A stretch of DNA of 64,000 nucleotides from Polyangiaceae bacterium (GTDB taxonomy: Bacteria > Myxococcota_A > Polyangia > Polyangiales > Polyangiaceae): contig JBFXBK010000005.1 in NCBI GenBank assembly GCA_050183255.1, positions 1,203 through 65,202 of the forward strand, written 5' to 3'. Both the position numbers and the translations under genes were made by a program. The notes beneath the pieces were generated by a model. The model did not search any database. It was not told the origin of the DNA and saw only the letters and a program-made list of their open reading frames with translations. Below, in pieces: positions 54,840 to 63,284 of this stretch. The number at the start of each line of letters is the position of its first letter. Position 1 is the stretch's first letter.

Positions 54840-56234
54840 ATGCTGAACCCTTCCGTAGCGATAGTGGACGAAGACCCGCTCTCGCGAGAGCTACTCAGAC
54901 TGTGGCTCGAGGCGGCGGGGTACGACGTACTGGAACTCGCTTCGGCTGCGGAGCTCCTCTCACGTCCGATCCTGCCAGACATCTCATGTATCAGCCTGAC
55001 GCTGTCCGACATGCCAGGTGACGCGCTGATCGGAACCCTCAAGGCGCGCGACGCTGACCGTCCGGCGTTGCTGATCAGTTCGTTGCCAGCGAGCGACGCG
55101 GTCGCGCGGGCGCTTGGCTGCGGCGCCTACGATCTGCTCACGAAGCCGCTGGTTCGCGAGCAGGCACTCCTACGTGTGCGCCGTGCGGCTGAGGTGTGGC
55201 GACTGAAGTCGCGCGTACGCGCGGTGTGCGGCGCAGCGGATCTGCCGCCAACCTTGTGGGGGCGTAGTCCAGCGATCAAGGGCCTGCTTGCCGCCGTTGA
55301 CGATAAAATCTGCGGGGAAAATGCGGTGTTGCTGGTCGGTGAGGCGGGGAGTGGCCGCGCCGCCGTTGCTAGGTTCATTCACGTGCGTGGTCCACGATCA
55401 GGGGAGCGCTTCGTCTCGTTCAACTGTGCGGAGTTGCCACCGGCAAGGCACTTTGAAGAGCTGTTCGGAGGTCATGGCGGTGGCGCAGAGAGCCTGTTTG
55501 CGAGGGCCGGTGGCGGTGTGCTCTATATCCACGACATCGGGTGGTTAGCTGCAGAAGCCCAGCAGGAGCTGGTGGATGCGTTGCCCATCGACGGCTCGCC
55601 CCGCAGCACCCGCCGACCGAGCGGCGGGTGGGCCGTCGCCGCGGAGGCTGGGAACCCCGCGGCCTTCGTCGGAGCGCCGGTGCCGCGGCTCATCTGCGGG
55701 AGCACCGTCGAGCTCTCCGTACTCGCGCGCACGGGGCAGCTCACCGAACCCTTAGCGAGACTGCTCGAGGGTGCGACGGTCTCCCTGCCCCCGCTCCGCG
55801 AGCGGCGCGACGACATTCCAGAGCTGCTGTCCTACTGGGTGCGGCGCTTGGCTGCCGAGTCCGGTAAGGCGTCTCCACGCCTCTCCGCAAGTGCGCTCGA
55901 GGCGCTGTTCGAATACGCCTGGCCGGGAAACGTGCACGAGTTGAGCCAAGTCGTGCAGCGAGCCATCCTGGCGAGCGACGGGACTAGCATCCAGCTGAAC
56001 GACCTGCCCATTGCCGTGCGGCAAGCATTCGAGGAATCGGAGCGCGACAGCGGGCTCTTCGAGCCGGCGTGCGAACACGACGTGGTTCCACTGCGCGAGC
56101 TTGAACGACGCGCCATCGCCCACGCGCTGAAGGTCGCGGATGGCAATGTGGGTCAAGCGGCGCGATTGCTGGGGATCGGGCGTGCCACGCTCTACCGTCG
56201 CCTGGCGGAGCAAACCGACTCGCGAGTGGGCTAA
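54840..56234 (+). CDS. NtrC-family response regulator (REC-AAA+-Fis HTH) with a degenerate AAA+ domain
   Basis: The REC domain has VAIVDED, LSDMPG and LTKPL. AAA+ Walker A reads GEAGSGRAAV (Lys to Arg) and Walker B reads VLYIHDI (DE to HD). No GAFTGA is present (FEELFGGHGGGAESLF). PLRERRDDI is retained. The C-terminal HTH is GNVGQAARLLGIGRATLYRRL. Confidence 0.8.
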   Translation: MLNPSVAIVDEDPLSRELLRLWLEAAGYDVLELASAAELLSRPILPDISCISLTLSDMPGDALIGTLKARDADRPALLISSLPASDAVARALGCGAYDLLTKPLVREQALLRVRRAAEVWRLKSRVRAVCGAADLPPTLWGRSPAIKGLLAAVDDKICGENAVLLVGEAGSGRAAVARFIHVRGPRSGERFVSFNCAELPPARHFEELFGGHGGGAESLFARAGGGVLYIHDIGWLAAEAQQELVDALPIDGSPRSTRRPSGGWAVAAEAGNPAAFVGAPVPRLICGSTVELSVLARTGQLTEPLARLLEGATVSLPPLRERRDDIPELLSYWVRRLAAESGKASPRLSASALEALFEYAWPGNVHELSQVVQRAILASDGTSIQLNDLPIAVRQAFEESERDSGLFEPACEHDVVPLRELERRAIAHALKVADGNVGQAARLLGIGRATLYRRLAEQTDSRVG

Positions 56235-56355
56235 CTGGACTGCGGCTCCAGTATTGGCGCCGCGACAATCCACTCAGCGTCACCAGAGCCGGCCAAGGCT
56301 CTGACGACTTGCTATCCTGAGCCGTCGCGCGACCAAGCGTGAGAAGGAGCTCAGC

Positions 56356-57501
56356 GTGAAGCGAAGTCTGCTCAGTGAAGAACATCGAATTTTCGAGAAA
56401 GCGTTCCGCACCTTCGTCGAGCGTGAAGTGCTGCCGAAGCAGACCAGCTGGGCAGAGCGCGGGATGGTGGATCGTGAGACGTGGCTCGCCGCCGGCGCTG
56501 GTGGCTTCTTGTGTCCGTGGCTCGAAGAGGAGCACGGCGGTGCTGGAGGAGACTTCCTTCACTCCGCGATCGTGATCGAACAGCTCGCCTGCGCCTATGA
56601 GTCCGGGTTTGCCATGGGCCTGCACAGCGACATCGTCACTCCCTACATTCACGAGTTCGGGAGCCCGGAGCAGAAGCAGCGCTACCTCCCAGGTTGCGCG
56701 AGCGGCGAAGTGATCACCGCGATCGCGATGACAGAGCCAGGCACCGGATCCGACCTCAACGGCATCCAGACGACGGCGGTGCGTGACGGCGACTCTTACG
56801 TGATCAACGGCTCCAAGACGTTCATCTCGAACGGCATCTTGTGCGACGTGTGCATCGTCGCCGCGAAGACCGATACCAACCCGGACAACCGGCACCAGGC
56901 GCTTTCGCTTTTCCTCGTGGATGCAGGCACGAAGGGGTTCACCAAGGGCCAGAAGCTCAAGAAGATGGGCATGGCCAGTCAGGACACTTCGGAGCTGCAC
57001 TTCGAGGACTGCCGGGTGCCCAAGACCGCCTTGCTCGGCGAAGAGGGCATGGGCTTCTTGATGTTGACCCGGAAGCTTCAGCAGGAACGCCTGGTGGTGG
57101 CCATTGGCTCTCAGGCCAGCGCAGAGCAAATCCTCGCGGATACGCTGGCCTACGTCAAAGAGCGCACCGCGTTCGGCAAGCCGCTCAGCAAGTTTCAAAA
57201 CACGAAGTTCAAGTTGGCGGAGTGCGCGACCGAGGTTGAAGTCGGGCGCGCGTTCTTGGACCGACTGATCGCTGAACACATCGCGGGGGAGCACCTGGTG
57301 AAGGAGTGCTCCATGGCCAAGCTCTGGCAGACTGAGATGCTCGGCCGCGTGGTGGACGAGTGCCTGCAGCTGTTCGGCGGTTATGGCTACATGCTCGAGT
57401 ATCCGGTGACGCGCGCGTACATGGACGCGCGGGTTCAGCGTATCTTCGCGGGTACCAATGAGATCATGAAGGTGATCATCGCTCAACAGCTCGGGCTTTA
57501 G
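56356..57501 (+). CDS. Acyl-CoA dehydrogenase (long-chain ACAD-like)
   Basis: The GTG start is preceded by GAAGGAG. Motifs are AMTEPGTGSDL, LQQERL (helix-G Glu, as in LCAD/IVD-type enzymes) and DARVQRIFAGTNEIMK. Confidence 0.9.
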   Translation: MKRSLLSEEHRIFEKAFRTFVEREVLPKQTSWAERGMVDRETWLAAGAGGFLCPWLEEEHGGAGGDFLHSAIVIEQLACAYESGFAMGLHSDIVTPYIHEFGSPEQKQRYLPGCASGEVITAIAMTEPGTGSDLNGIQTTAVRDGDSYVINGSKTFISNGILCDVCIVAAKTDTNPDNRHQALSLFLVDAGTKGFTKGQKLKKMGMASQDTSELHFEDCRVPKTALLGEEGMGFLMLTRKLQQERLVVAIGSQASAEQILADTLAYVKERTAFGKPLSKFQNTKFKLAECATEVEVGRAFLDRLIAEHIAGEHLVKECSMAKLWQTEMLGRVVDECLQLFGGYGYMLEYPVTRAYMDARVQRIFAGTNEIMKVIIAQQLGL

Positions 57502-57639
57502 CCTCCAAGCGCTCGAGCCCTTGAGCCGCGCGTGGGGCGCCATTCTTCCCGCGATCGGTTGCGGCTGGGGGGCCAGCTTGCGGCCTCGTAGTGCCTCGGG
57601 CTAGACGGCAAGGCCGCGCTGTTCGTCGGCGTCCGTCCC

Positions 57640-59640
57640 ATGCTTGCTGTCGCTCAACCTTGGCTGCTCCGACTCGCCGCGTTCGGCGCGTGCCTGGTTG
57701 CGCTGCCAGTGTTCGCGGAGACGGGTGATGTCGTGGTGAGCGGCGCGCGAACAGGGCACTCGCCTCAGGACCCGAGCGCGGCGAGCCAGGTGCTACGCGA
57801 CGATGAGCTGAAGGCGCCCGGTGCGAGCGCGGGGGATGTGCTGGATCGCGTCAGCGGCGTCGAGGTCTCCCGCAGTGGCTCCGCTAGTGATCGGACGACG
57901 TTGTCGCTCCGGGGGTCGTCGGCGGCTCAGGTGCCAGTCTATCTGGGCCCGCTGCGACTGAACGACGAAGTCACCGGTGCAGCGGATCTCGCAAGCATAC
58001 CGCTCTGGCTGTTGGATCGTGTGGAGGTGTTTCGCGGGAGCACGCCCGCGCGCGCCGACGACTACGGCATGGGCGGCGCAGTATTCTTTGAGCCAAAATT
58101 TCCTCGGAGAAATTCAGTCGGCGCTGGCGTCGGCGTCGGGAGCTTTGGTGAACAGAGTGTTTGGGGTAGGGGGGAGGTTGTCTCGCGGGGCACTGGTGAC
58201 TGGCGTTCGGGTGCGCTCGTCGGTTTGCGCATTTCACGTGCGGAGAATGACTACAGCTACGTCGATGACCGGGGGACCGCATTCGACGAGAGTGACGACA
58301 TCACGCGTACCCGCTCCAACGCTGACTACGCCGAGTGGGACGCTTGGGCGATTGGTCTCACGCGCTCGCGGCGCGGCGCGCGGGTCCTCACGTTGGCGAA
58401 TGCCTTCACACGGGAACAAGGCGTCACCGGGCTAGCATCCGTACCGGCGCAGGCGGCGCGCTCGCGTCGCCAACGCCTACTCGGAGGCGTCTCAACCAAG
58501 GTGCCGTGCGGAAGTATTAGCGCTGGTCAGCGCTGCGAGCTCGAACTGGGTACTCAGCTGCTCGACAGCCGCGAGACGGTTACCGACCCACGTTCGGAGC
58601 TCGGGATCGGGCCGCTTGGAGCGCAAAGCGTCGGTAGTCGTGCGGGTCAGCGGGTGCGCCTCGCCTGGGGTAAAGGCGTGATCGAGGTATCGGGACAAGC
58701 AGACTTTGCTCGCGACGCGCTAGAGGTGCGCGGGGCTCAAGACAGTAGCTCCGAGCGCCTGAGTGTGCGCCCGGGCCTTGAGCTCGTGCTACACCAGGCA
58801 GAGCGGGTACGCTACGCCCTGAGCGCCGCGCTTCCTCTCGTGTCCACGCGCTCGGACGCGCAGATCGCTGGTGCTTCCGCAGGGAGCGACTCCCTCGATC
58901 CGGAAGGCCGTATCGGAGTCGCCTACACTGCGAGTGACAGCCTGAGCCTGTTGCTCAACGTTGGGCATTTCACGCGACGGCCAACTCTAGGCGAGCTGTT
59001 TGGTTTGAGTTCACTGGTCAGAGGCAATGCGGCTTTGGTCTCGGAACGGGGTGAAGGCCTAGACGTCGGAGCCCGCGCCTGGCTCGCTGAGGGCCGGATG
59101 TTCAGTCTCGCGCTCGAAGGCTTCGCCTTCGCGCGCTGGTCGCGCGACTTGATCGCCTACAGACGTTCGAGCTTCGGAGTGGTCACGCCTTTCAACGTGG
59201 CGACCGCGCGGGTGCTCGGTCTGGAGTCGGCGCTCCAGGCCAGCTACGGCGACTGGCTACGCTGGAGAGGCACGGTGACGCTACAGGACCCACGAGACAC
59301 GAGCGACGACCGCAGTCTGCAGAACGATCTACTGCCGTATCACGCACGGCTGATGGCAGCTTCTCGGCTCGGCTTCTACGCAGCTTCAGGCGGCAGCCTT
59401 CCCCCATCGGAGGTAGCGATCGGCACCTCTTACCGCTCGTCCAAATTCGCCGACCCCGCCGGCCTGGTGGTGATCCCCGAGCAAATGCGCTGGGATCTGG
59501 AAGCTGCGGTGGCCTCTGACGACGAGCGGTGGAGGTTGCGAGGGATGCTGCGAAACGTGTTTGGAACTCGCCAGTACGACCTCTTGGGGCAACCGCAACC
59601 TGGGCGCAGCGTGCACCTGAGCGGGGAGTTCGTCTGGTAA
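57640..59640 (+). CDS. TonB-dependent outer-membrane receptor
   Basis: Signal peptide ...ACLVALPVFA. The plug region has VLDRVSGVEVSRSG...LSLRGS and a beta-barrel-type alternating sequence follows. The C-terminus is SVHLSGEFVW (aromatic end). Confidence 0.8.
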   Translation: MLAVAQPWLLRLAAFGACLVALPVFAETGDVVVSGARTGHSPQDPSAASQVLRDDELKAPGASAGDVLDRVSGVEVSRSGSASDRTTLSLRGSSAAQVPVYLGPLRLNDEVTGAADLASIPLWLLDRVEVFRGSTPARADDYGMGGAVFFEPKFPRRNSVGAGVGVGSFGEQSVWGRGEVVSRGTGDWRSGALVGLRISRAENDYSYVDDRGTAFDESDDITRTRSNADYAEWDAWAIGLTRSRRGARVLTLANAFTREQGVTGLASVPAQAARSRRQRLLGGVSTKVPCGSISAGQRCELELGTQLLDSRETVTDPRSELGIGPLGAQSVGSRAGQRVRLAWGKGVIEVSGQADFARDALEVRGAQDSSSERLSVRPGLELVLHQAERVRYALSAALPLVSTRSDAQIAGASAGSDSLDPEGRIGVAYTASDSLSLLLNVGHFTRRPTLGELFGLSSLVRGNAALVSERGEGLDVGARAWLAEGRMFSLALEGFAFARWSRDLIAYRRSSFGVVTPFNVATARVLGLESALQASYGDWLRWRGTVTLQDPRDTSDDRSLQNDLLPYHARLMAASRLGFYAASGGSLPPSEVAIGTSYRSSKFADPAGLVVIPEQMRWDLEAAVASDDERWRLRGMLRNVFGTRQYDLLGQPQPGRSVHLSGEFVW

Positions 59641-59712
59641 CCCCGGCCGCATCAAACAATCAGCCAAGCCTGCGGGACGAGCGGTGTCCATCACGAACGG
59701 AGGCTTTAAGGC

Positions 59713-60486
59713 ATGGCGGATCTACTCAGGGAAGACTCACTACTGTTCTCGCTCAAGGGTCTACAGCGCATGGAAAAGGAGCGGGTGGACCGCGAACTGC
59801 AGGAGCGAGAGCAGCGCCTGGCCGACCAGCACCAGCGCCGAGTCCTTGAAGAGCAACGCCAGCGCGACGCTGAGAAGCGCCGTACCGAGGCGGAAGCCGC
59901 GCGCCGTGAAGCGGAGCGCCTGCGTCGTGAGGAAGAAGACGCCCGCCTCGAGGCGCTGAAGCGTGCCGAGTGCGAGCGCGTACTACAGGAGTCGAAGCTG
60001 CGCGCAGAGCTGGCTGTGGCTGAGGCGGAGCGCGCCCATGATGTCAAGCTTGCTGAAATCCGTACGGATAATGAGAAACGTATCGCGAAAGTAGCTGCAA
60101 GCCTGTGTGCTGGCCTCGCCATTTTCGTAACCTGCGGCTCTCTTGGGCTCTACTTCGGCAAGCTGGCGCCTGAGCACAGCCAGGCGGTGGCGCTGCTGCA
60201 GCGGCAAGCGGACACCGCCAAGTCCGACTCCAAGCAGCTGCGTGAAGACCTCGATGAAGTCAAGGCTCAGCTCCAGACGGAACAAGCAGAGAGCGCACGG
60301 CTGAAGCGTCAGCGAGATGAAGCTCAACGTCAGCTCTCGCAGGCAGATGATGGCAAACCCAGCTTGTCGCCCGCAGAAAAGCCGCGAGGAAAAGGCTCTG
60401 CGACTCCGCTCGCGCGCAATGCTAGCGTGACCCCCAAGTGCAAACCGGGAGAGAGCTACGACCCGATGAACTTCTGCCTGCCCTAG
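59713..60486 (+). CDS. Coiled-coil membrane-anchored protein (charged ER/K-rich helix, one TM, second coiled coil)
   Basis: ERVDRELQEREQRLADQHQRRVLEEQRQRDAEKRRTEAEAARREAERLRREEEDARLEALKR, then the TM segment VAASLCAGLAIFVTCGSLGLYF, then a Q/E/L-rich helix. Confidence 0.65.
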   Translation: MADLLREDSLLFSLKGLQRMEKERVDRELQEREQRLADQHQRRVLEEQRQRDAEKRRTEAEAARREAERLRREEEDARLEALKRAECERVLQESKLRAELAVAEAERAHDVKLAEIRTDNEKRIAKVAASLCAGLAIFVTCGSLGLYFGKLAPEHSQAVALLQRQADTAKSDSKQLREDLDEVKAQLQTEQAESARLKRQRDEAQRQLSQADDGKPSLSPAEKPRGKGSATPLARNASVTPKCKPGESYDPMNFCLP

Positions 60487-60498
60487 CAGAGCTTCGAC

Positions 60499-61680
60499 TC
60501 ATTTCCTGCAGGAATCAAGGTGACTGAGCAGCCGTTCGAGGCGCAAGTCGAGGGCGGCCAAGTGCTCGGGCGAGAGTATCGGTGCTAGGGGATCCTTCGC
60601 CAACGAGCGTGCGAGGCGCTGCCCCAAGCGCTGAGCCGGCGGAACGCGAGGTCCCATCGCTCTCAAGTTTTTCACCAGCTCTAACGGGAAGCTGCAGACG
60701 TGCTCGAGGTCAGCGTCCAGCGCGAGCTTTCGCTGCATCCGCCAGTCAGCAAAGCCGGCGCCGTTGTCGAGAAATATCAGCGGGCCGCCCTGGTCGAGGA
60801 GCAAAGTATTCCCGCCGGACCAGCGATCCGTGTTGTCCAGAAGGTAGTCGAAGGCGGTGAGTTCTTCGAGCGCCGAGACCTGCGGCTTGATTGCCGCAGG
60901 GATTTGCTCCGGCGACCACTTTGGCCACGCGCGCGGCACATCGAGCGAGTACAGACGCTTCGTGTGCCAGGCGATTACCGCGCCGCGGACCGTGTCGGGC
61001 TCTGGCTCTTTCAGCTCGGTGTCAAAGCGCTCGAGGAACTTCTGGTCAGCCCCACTGGCGATGAGTAGCTTGCGCAACGCTGCCCGTGGCAGCGCCCGGC
61101 CCACGACCGGTGCCGTGCGTGCGCAGCCGAGTAGGCGATCCAGGTGGTAGGCGACGATCTCACTGCGGAAGTTCGTGGCAGATTTCTTCTGGTCTGCTTT
61201 CAGTACCGCGCGGTAACCATCCTCGAAGTAGAGGCGGATGGTGACCGTGGACCCACCTTTGTTCTGCGTCGCCTTGGTGATCGAGGCGTAGGACATGCGA
61301 CGCAGCCAGCCGCCGTCTTCCGTCACGTCGATGGGGCCTCGGGCGTCGCCCTTGATGACGTGAGGGGGATTTTGGGTGAGGGAAGTCGGGACCTTGCCCC
61401 GAGGGATCGGCGCCACCGCGGTCGAGAGCGACGGCGGGCTCTTCGGAGCCGCTGGGGTCGCCGCGTCGTTCCCCTCCCCCCCAAACCCGCTGGCGGCGGC
61501 TGAGATCGCGCCTCTGGGTGCAGCTACGGGCGCTGATGCGAGCGGTGCCTCGAGCGAGGCGGGATCTCCTGCGCTGACGTTGGCCTCTCCCGAGGGGTCA
61601 CGCTCGCACCCAAGCAGGGCGAGGCACCACGTGAGGCTCAGACCGCGCCAGACGGCTCTATTGCTTCGCTTCGTTCGCAC
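60499..61680 (-). CDS. Lipoprotein with a Fam20-like (secretory-pathway kinase) domain
   Basis: With the GTG at complement 61678-61680, the N-terminus is (V)RTKRSNRAVWRGLSLTWCLALLGC (lipobox), followed by an Ala/Pro linker. Next come YRAVLKAD, RSEIVAYHLDRLLGCARTAPVVGR, LTAFDYLLDNTDRW, LIFLDNGAGF and HLAALDLRLERLLSHLDSC. This is the same motif order as metazoan Fam20C. The track start at 61770 would overlap the divergent gene. Confidence 0.65.
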   Translation of the reverse strand: MRTKRSNRAVWRGLSLTWCLALLGCERDPSGEANVSAGDPASLEAPLASAPVAAPRGAISAAASGFGGEGNDAATPAAPKSPPSLSTAVAPIPRGKVPTSLTQNPPHVIKGDARGPIDVTEDGGWLRRMSYASITKATQNKGGSTVTIRLYFEDGYRAVLKADQKKSATNFRSEIVAYHLDRLLGCARTAPVVGRALPRAALRKLLIASGADQKFLERFDTELKEPEPDTVRGAVIAWHTKRLYSLDVPRAWPKWSPEQIPAAIKPQVSALEELTAFDYLLDNTDRWSGGNTLLLDQGGPLIFLDNGAGFADWRMQRKLALDADLEHVCSFPLELVKNLRAMGPRVPPAQRLGQRLARSLAKDPLAPILSPEHLAALDLRLERLLSHLDSCRK

Positions 61681-61709
61681 CTCGACGGCCGCGAAGCTAT
61701 CATCGCGCC

Positions 61710-62960
61710 GTGCAACACACGAGCCCTCAGGAGTCGTCGACGCTGACGCGCGGCTCCCTCGGTGCGGCACGACTCTTGGGTATTGGTGTGCTGACGTTTG
61801 CGGGTGTGTACGTTGGCGGGAAGCTGCGCGCGTCCGATAGCCAAGCGCCTGCTCCTTCGAGCCAAGAACCTTCTGTGGCGTCTGCGGTCGGGAGCGAGCA
61901 GCCGGCCCGACTTCAGCCGCCAGGCGGCGGTGTCATCGAGCTACGGCCCCACGGGCCGCGGGTGAACCTGAACAGCGCGATCGAGCTCGACTTCTCCGCG
62001 GCAGTGGAACGCTCGAGCGTGGAGGCAGCCCTCGAGAGCGTGCCTCCCATCGATTGGCGAGTGAGCTGGCCGAAGCCGACCCGTGTGCGCCTGGAACCCA
62101 AGGCGCCCCTCAAGAGCGGAACACTGTATCGCGTCATCGCTGGTGGTCGCTTGCAGGATGGCTCCGCGCTGGCGAGCTTCCTTGGTGAATTCCGCACGGA
62201 AGTACCGGCGCCGAAAGACGTGGTGAAGGGCAACGGCGGCAACCTGATCCTGAGCTTCGATGACGGTCCCCGGGGTACGCTCCGAACCCGTCGCATCCTG
62301 GAGTTGCTCGAGCGCTACCACGCCAAGGCGCTTTTTTTCCCTGTGGCACAGAACCTCGAGCGCTACCCGAAGTGGATCGAGCAGGTGGAGGCAAAAGGGC
62401 ATCGAGTGTGCAATCACAGCTACACCCACCCGAACCTCGCGAGTCGCGGGATCTCCGACGCTGGCCTGCGCCGCGAGATCGAGAAGGGGGCCGGGTACGG
62501 TCGCTGCAGGTTGTTCCGTCCGCCGATGATGGCTCACGACGAGCGGAGCGATCGGGTGGCGAAGCAGCTCGGGCTCAGCGTCTTCTTGTGGGACATCGAC
62601 ACTCGGGATTGGGAGGAGATCCCCGCGGATGAAATCTACAACCGCGTCTTGCGGGCGGTGGAACCCGGTAGCGTGGTGCTGTTTCACCTCCAGGCCCGGC
62701 GCACCCTGCGTGCACTCAGGGGGCTGCTGCCGCGCCTGGTCAGGGAAGGGTACGTGCTCTCCTGGGATCCTCGGGACGTCGACCAGGCGGCCCGGCCGCG
62801 TTTCGGAGTGGGACGCAGTGGCACCTGGCTTTCCGCCCCAGCTGCGGCGCGGGAGCGCTGGCTGGCGAACTTCGCTCCTGGAGTCGCCGAGGCGCAACCG
62901 ATCGAGGTGTCTGGGGGGCCGGCGCCTTGGCCGTTTCCGGTCGGAGAAGCCGAGCCGTAG
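61710..62960 (+). CDS. Polysaccharide deacetylase (CE4 / NodB homology) with an N-terminal TM anchor and an Ig-like region
   Basis: TM segment LLGIGVLTFAGVYVGG. CE4 motifs are ILSFDDGP, CNHSYTHP, LFRPPMM, LWDIDTRDW and VVLFH. Confidence 0.85.
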   Translation: MQHTSPQESSTLTRGSLGAARLLGIGVLTFAGVYVGGKLRASDSQAPAPSSQEPSVASAVGSEQPARLQPPGGGVIELRPHGPRVNLNSAIELDFSAAVERSSVEAALESVPPIDWRVSWPKPTRVRLEPKAPLKSGTLYRVIAGGRLQDGSALASFLGEFRTEVPAPKDVVKGNGGNLILSFDDGPRGTLRTRRILELLERYHAKALFFPVAQNLERYPKWIEQVEAKGHRVCNHSYTHPNLASRGISDAGLRREIEKGAGYGRCRLFRPPMMAHDERSDRVAKQLGLSVFLWDIDTRDWEEIPADEIYNRVLRAVEPGSVVLFHLQARRTLRALRGLLPRLVREGYVLSWDPRDVDQAARPRFGVGRSGTWLSAPAAARERWLANFAPGVAEAQPIEVSGGPAPWPFPVGEAEP

Positions 62961-63106
62961 CTCGCAAAACGTGCTTCCGTCGTTCACGTCCAGCGCGAGA
63001 CCCACATTCACACACCGATGAATCGCGGCTCCCCCCTGACAGCGTTGCCTCAGCTTGGCGTGCGCTTTCGTGCATCGGATTCGCAAAAGTCAGGCTAGCT
63101 TTGTAA

Positions 63107-63122
63107 TGGTTCGCGTTTTGCA
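63107..63122 (+). promoter_or_regulatory. Candidate sigma-54 (-24/-12) promoter
   Basis: TGGTTCGCGTTTTGCA compared with TGGCACG-N4-TTGCA. The GG/GC spacing is correct and the -12 TTGCA is intact. It lies 163 nt upstream of the ATG at 63285 in a 324-bp lower-GC intergenic region. Confidence 0.4.
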
Positions 63123-63284
63123 CCACTGACTGAATGCCCCACAGGGGCACTCGTCGATCCAGAGTGGCCAGGCCGGGGGGAAGCTCGGGTTTTCACCAAC
63201 CGTAAGGGGTTCTGGTTCGCTTTCTTTGGATTGCTATCTGTCGCCCCCACGCGCGGGGTGATTCCTGCCAGGAGTAATACTCAA

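Noticed and set aside
55984-57543. 519-aa ORF antisense to the acyl-CoA dehydrogenase and regulator genes
   Set aside because: It is a shadow frame that spans two well-supported plus-strand genes and their intergenic gap.
57560-57580. GG-N10-GC element (GGGGGGCCAGCTTGC) upstream of the TonB-dependent receptor gene, and a GG-N12-GC element upstream of the ACAD gene (about 56303-56320)
   Set aside because: One has poor agreement with TGGCAC-N5-TTGC and the other has the wrong spacing. Such matches are expected by chance in GC-rich DNA.
61941-63086. 381-aa ORF antisense to the CE4 deacetylase
   Set aside because: It is a shadow frame. The plus strand carries all five CE4 motifs.
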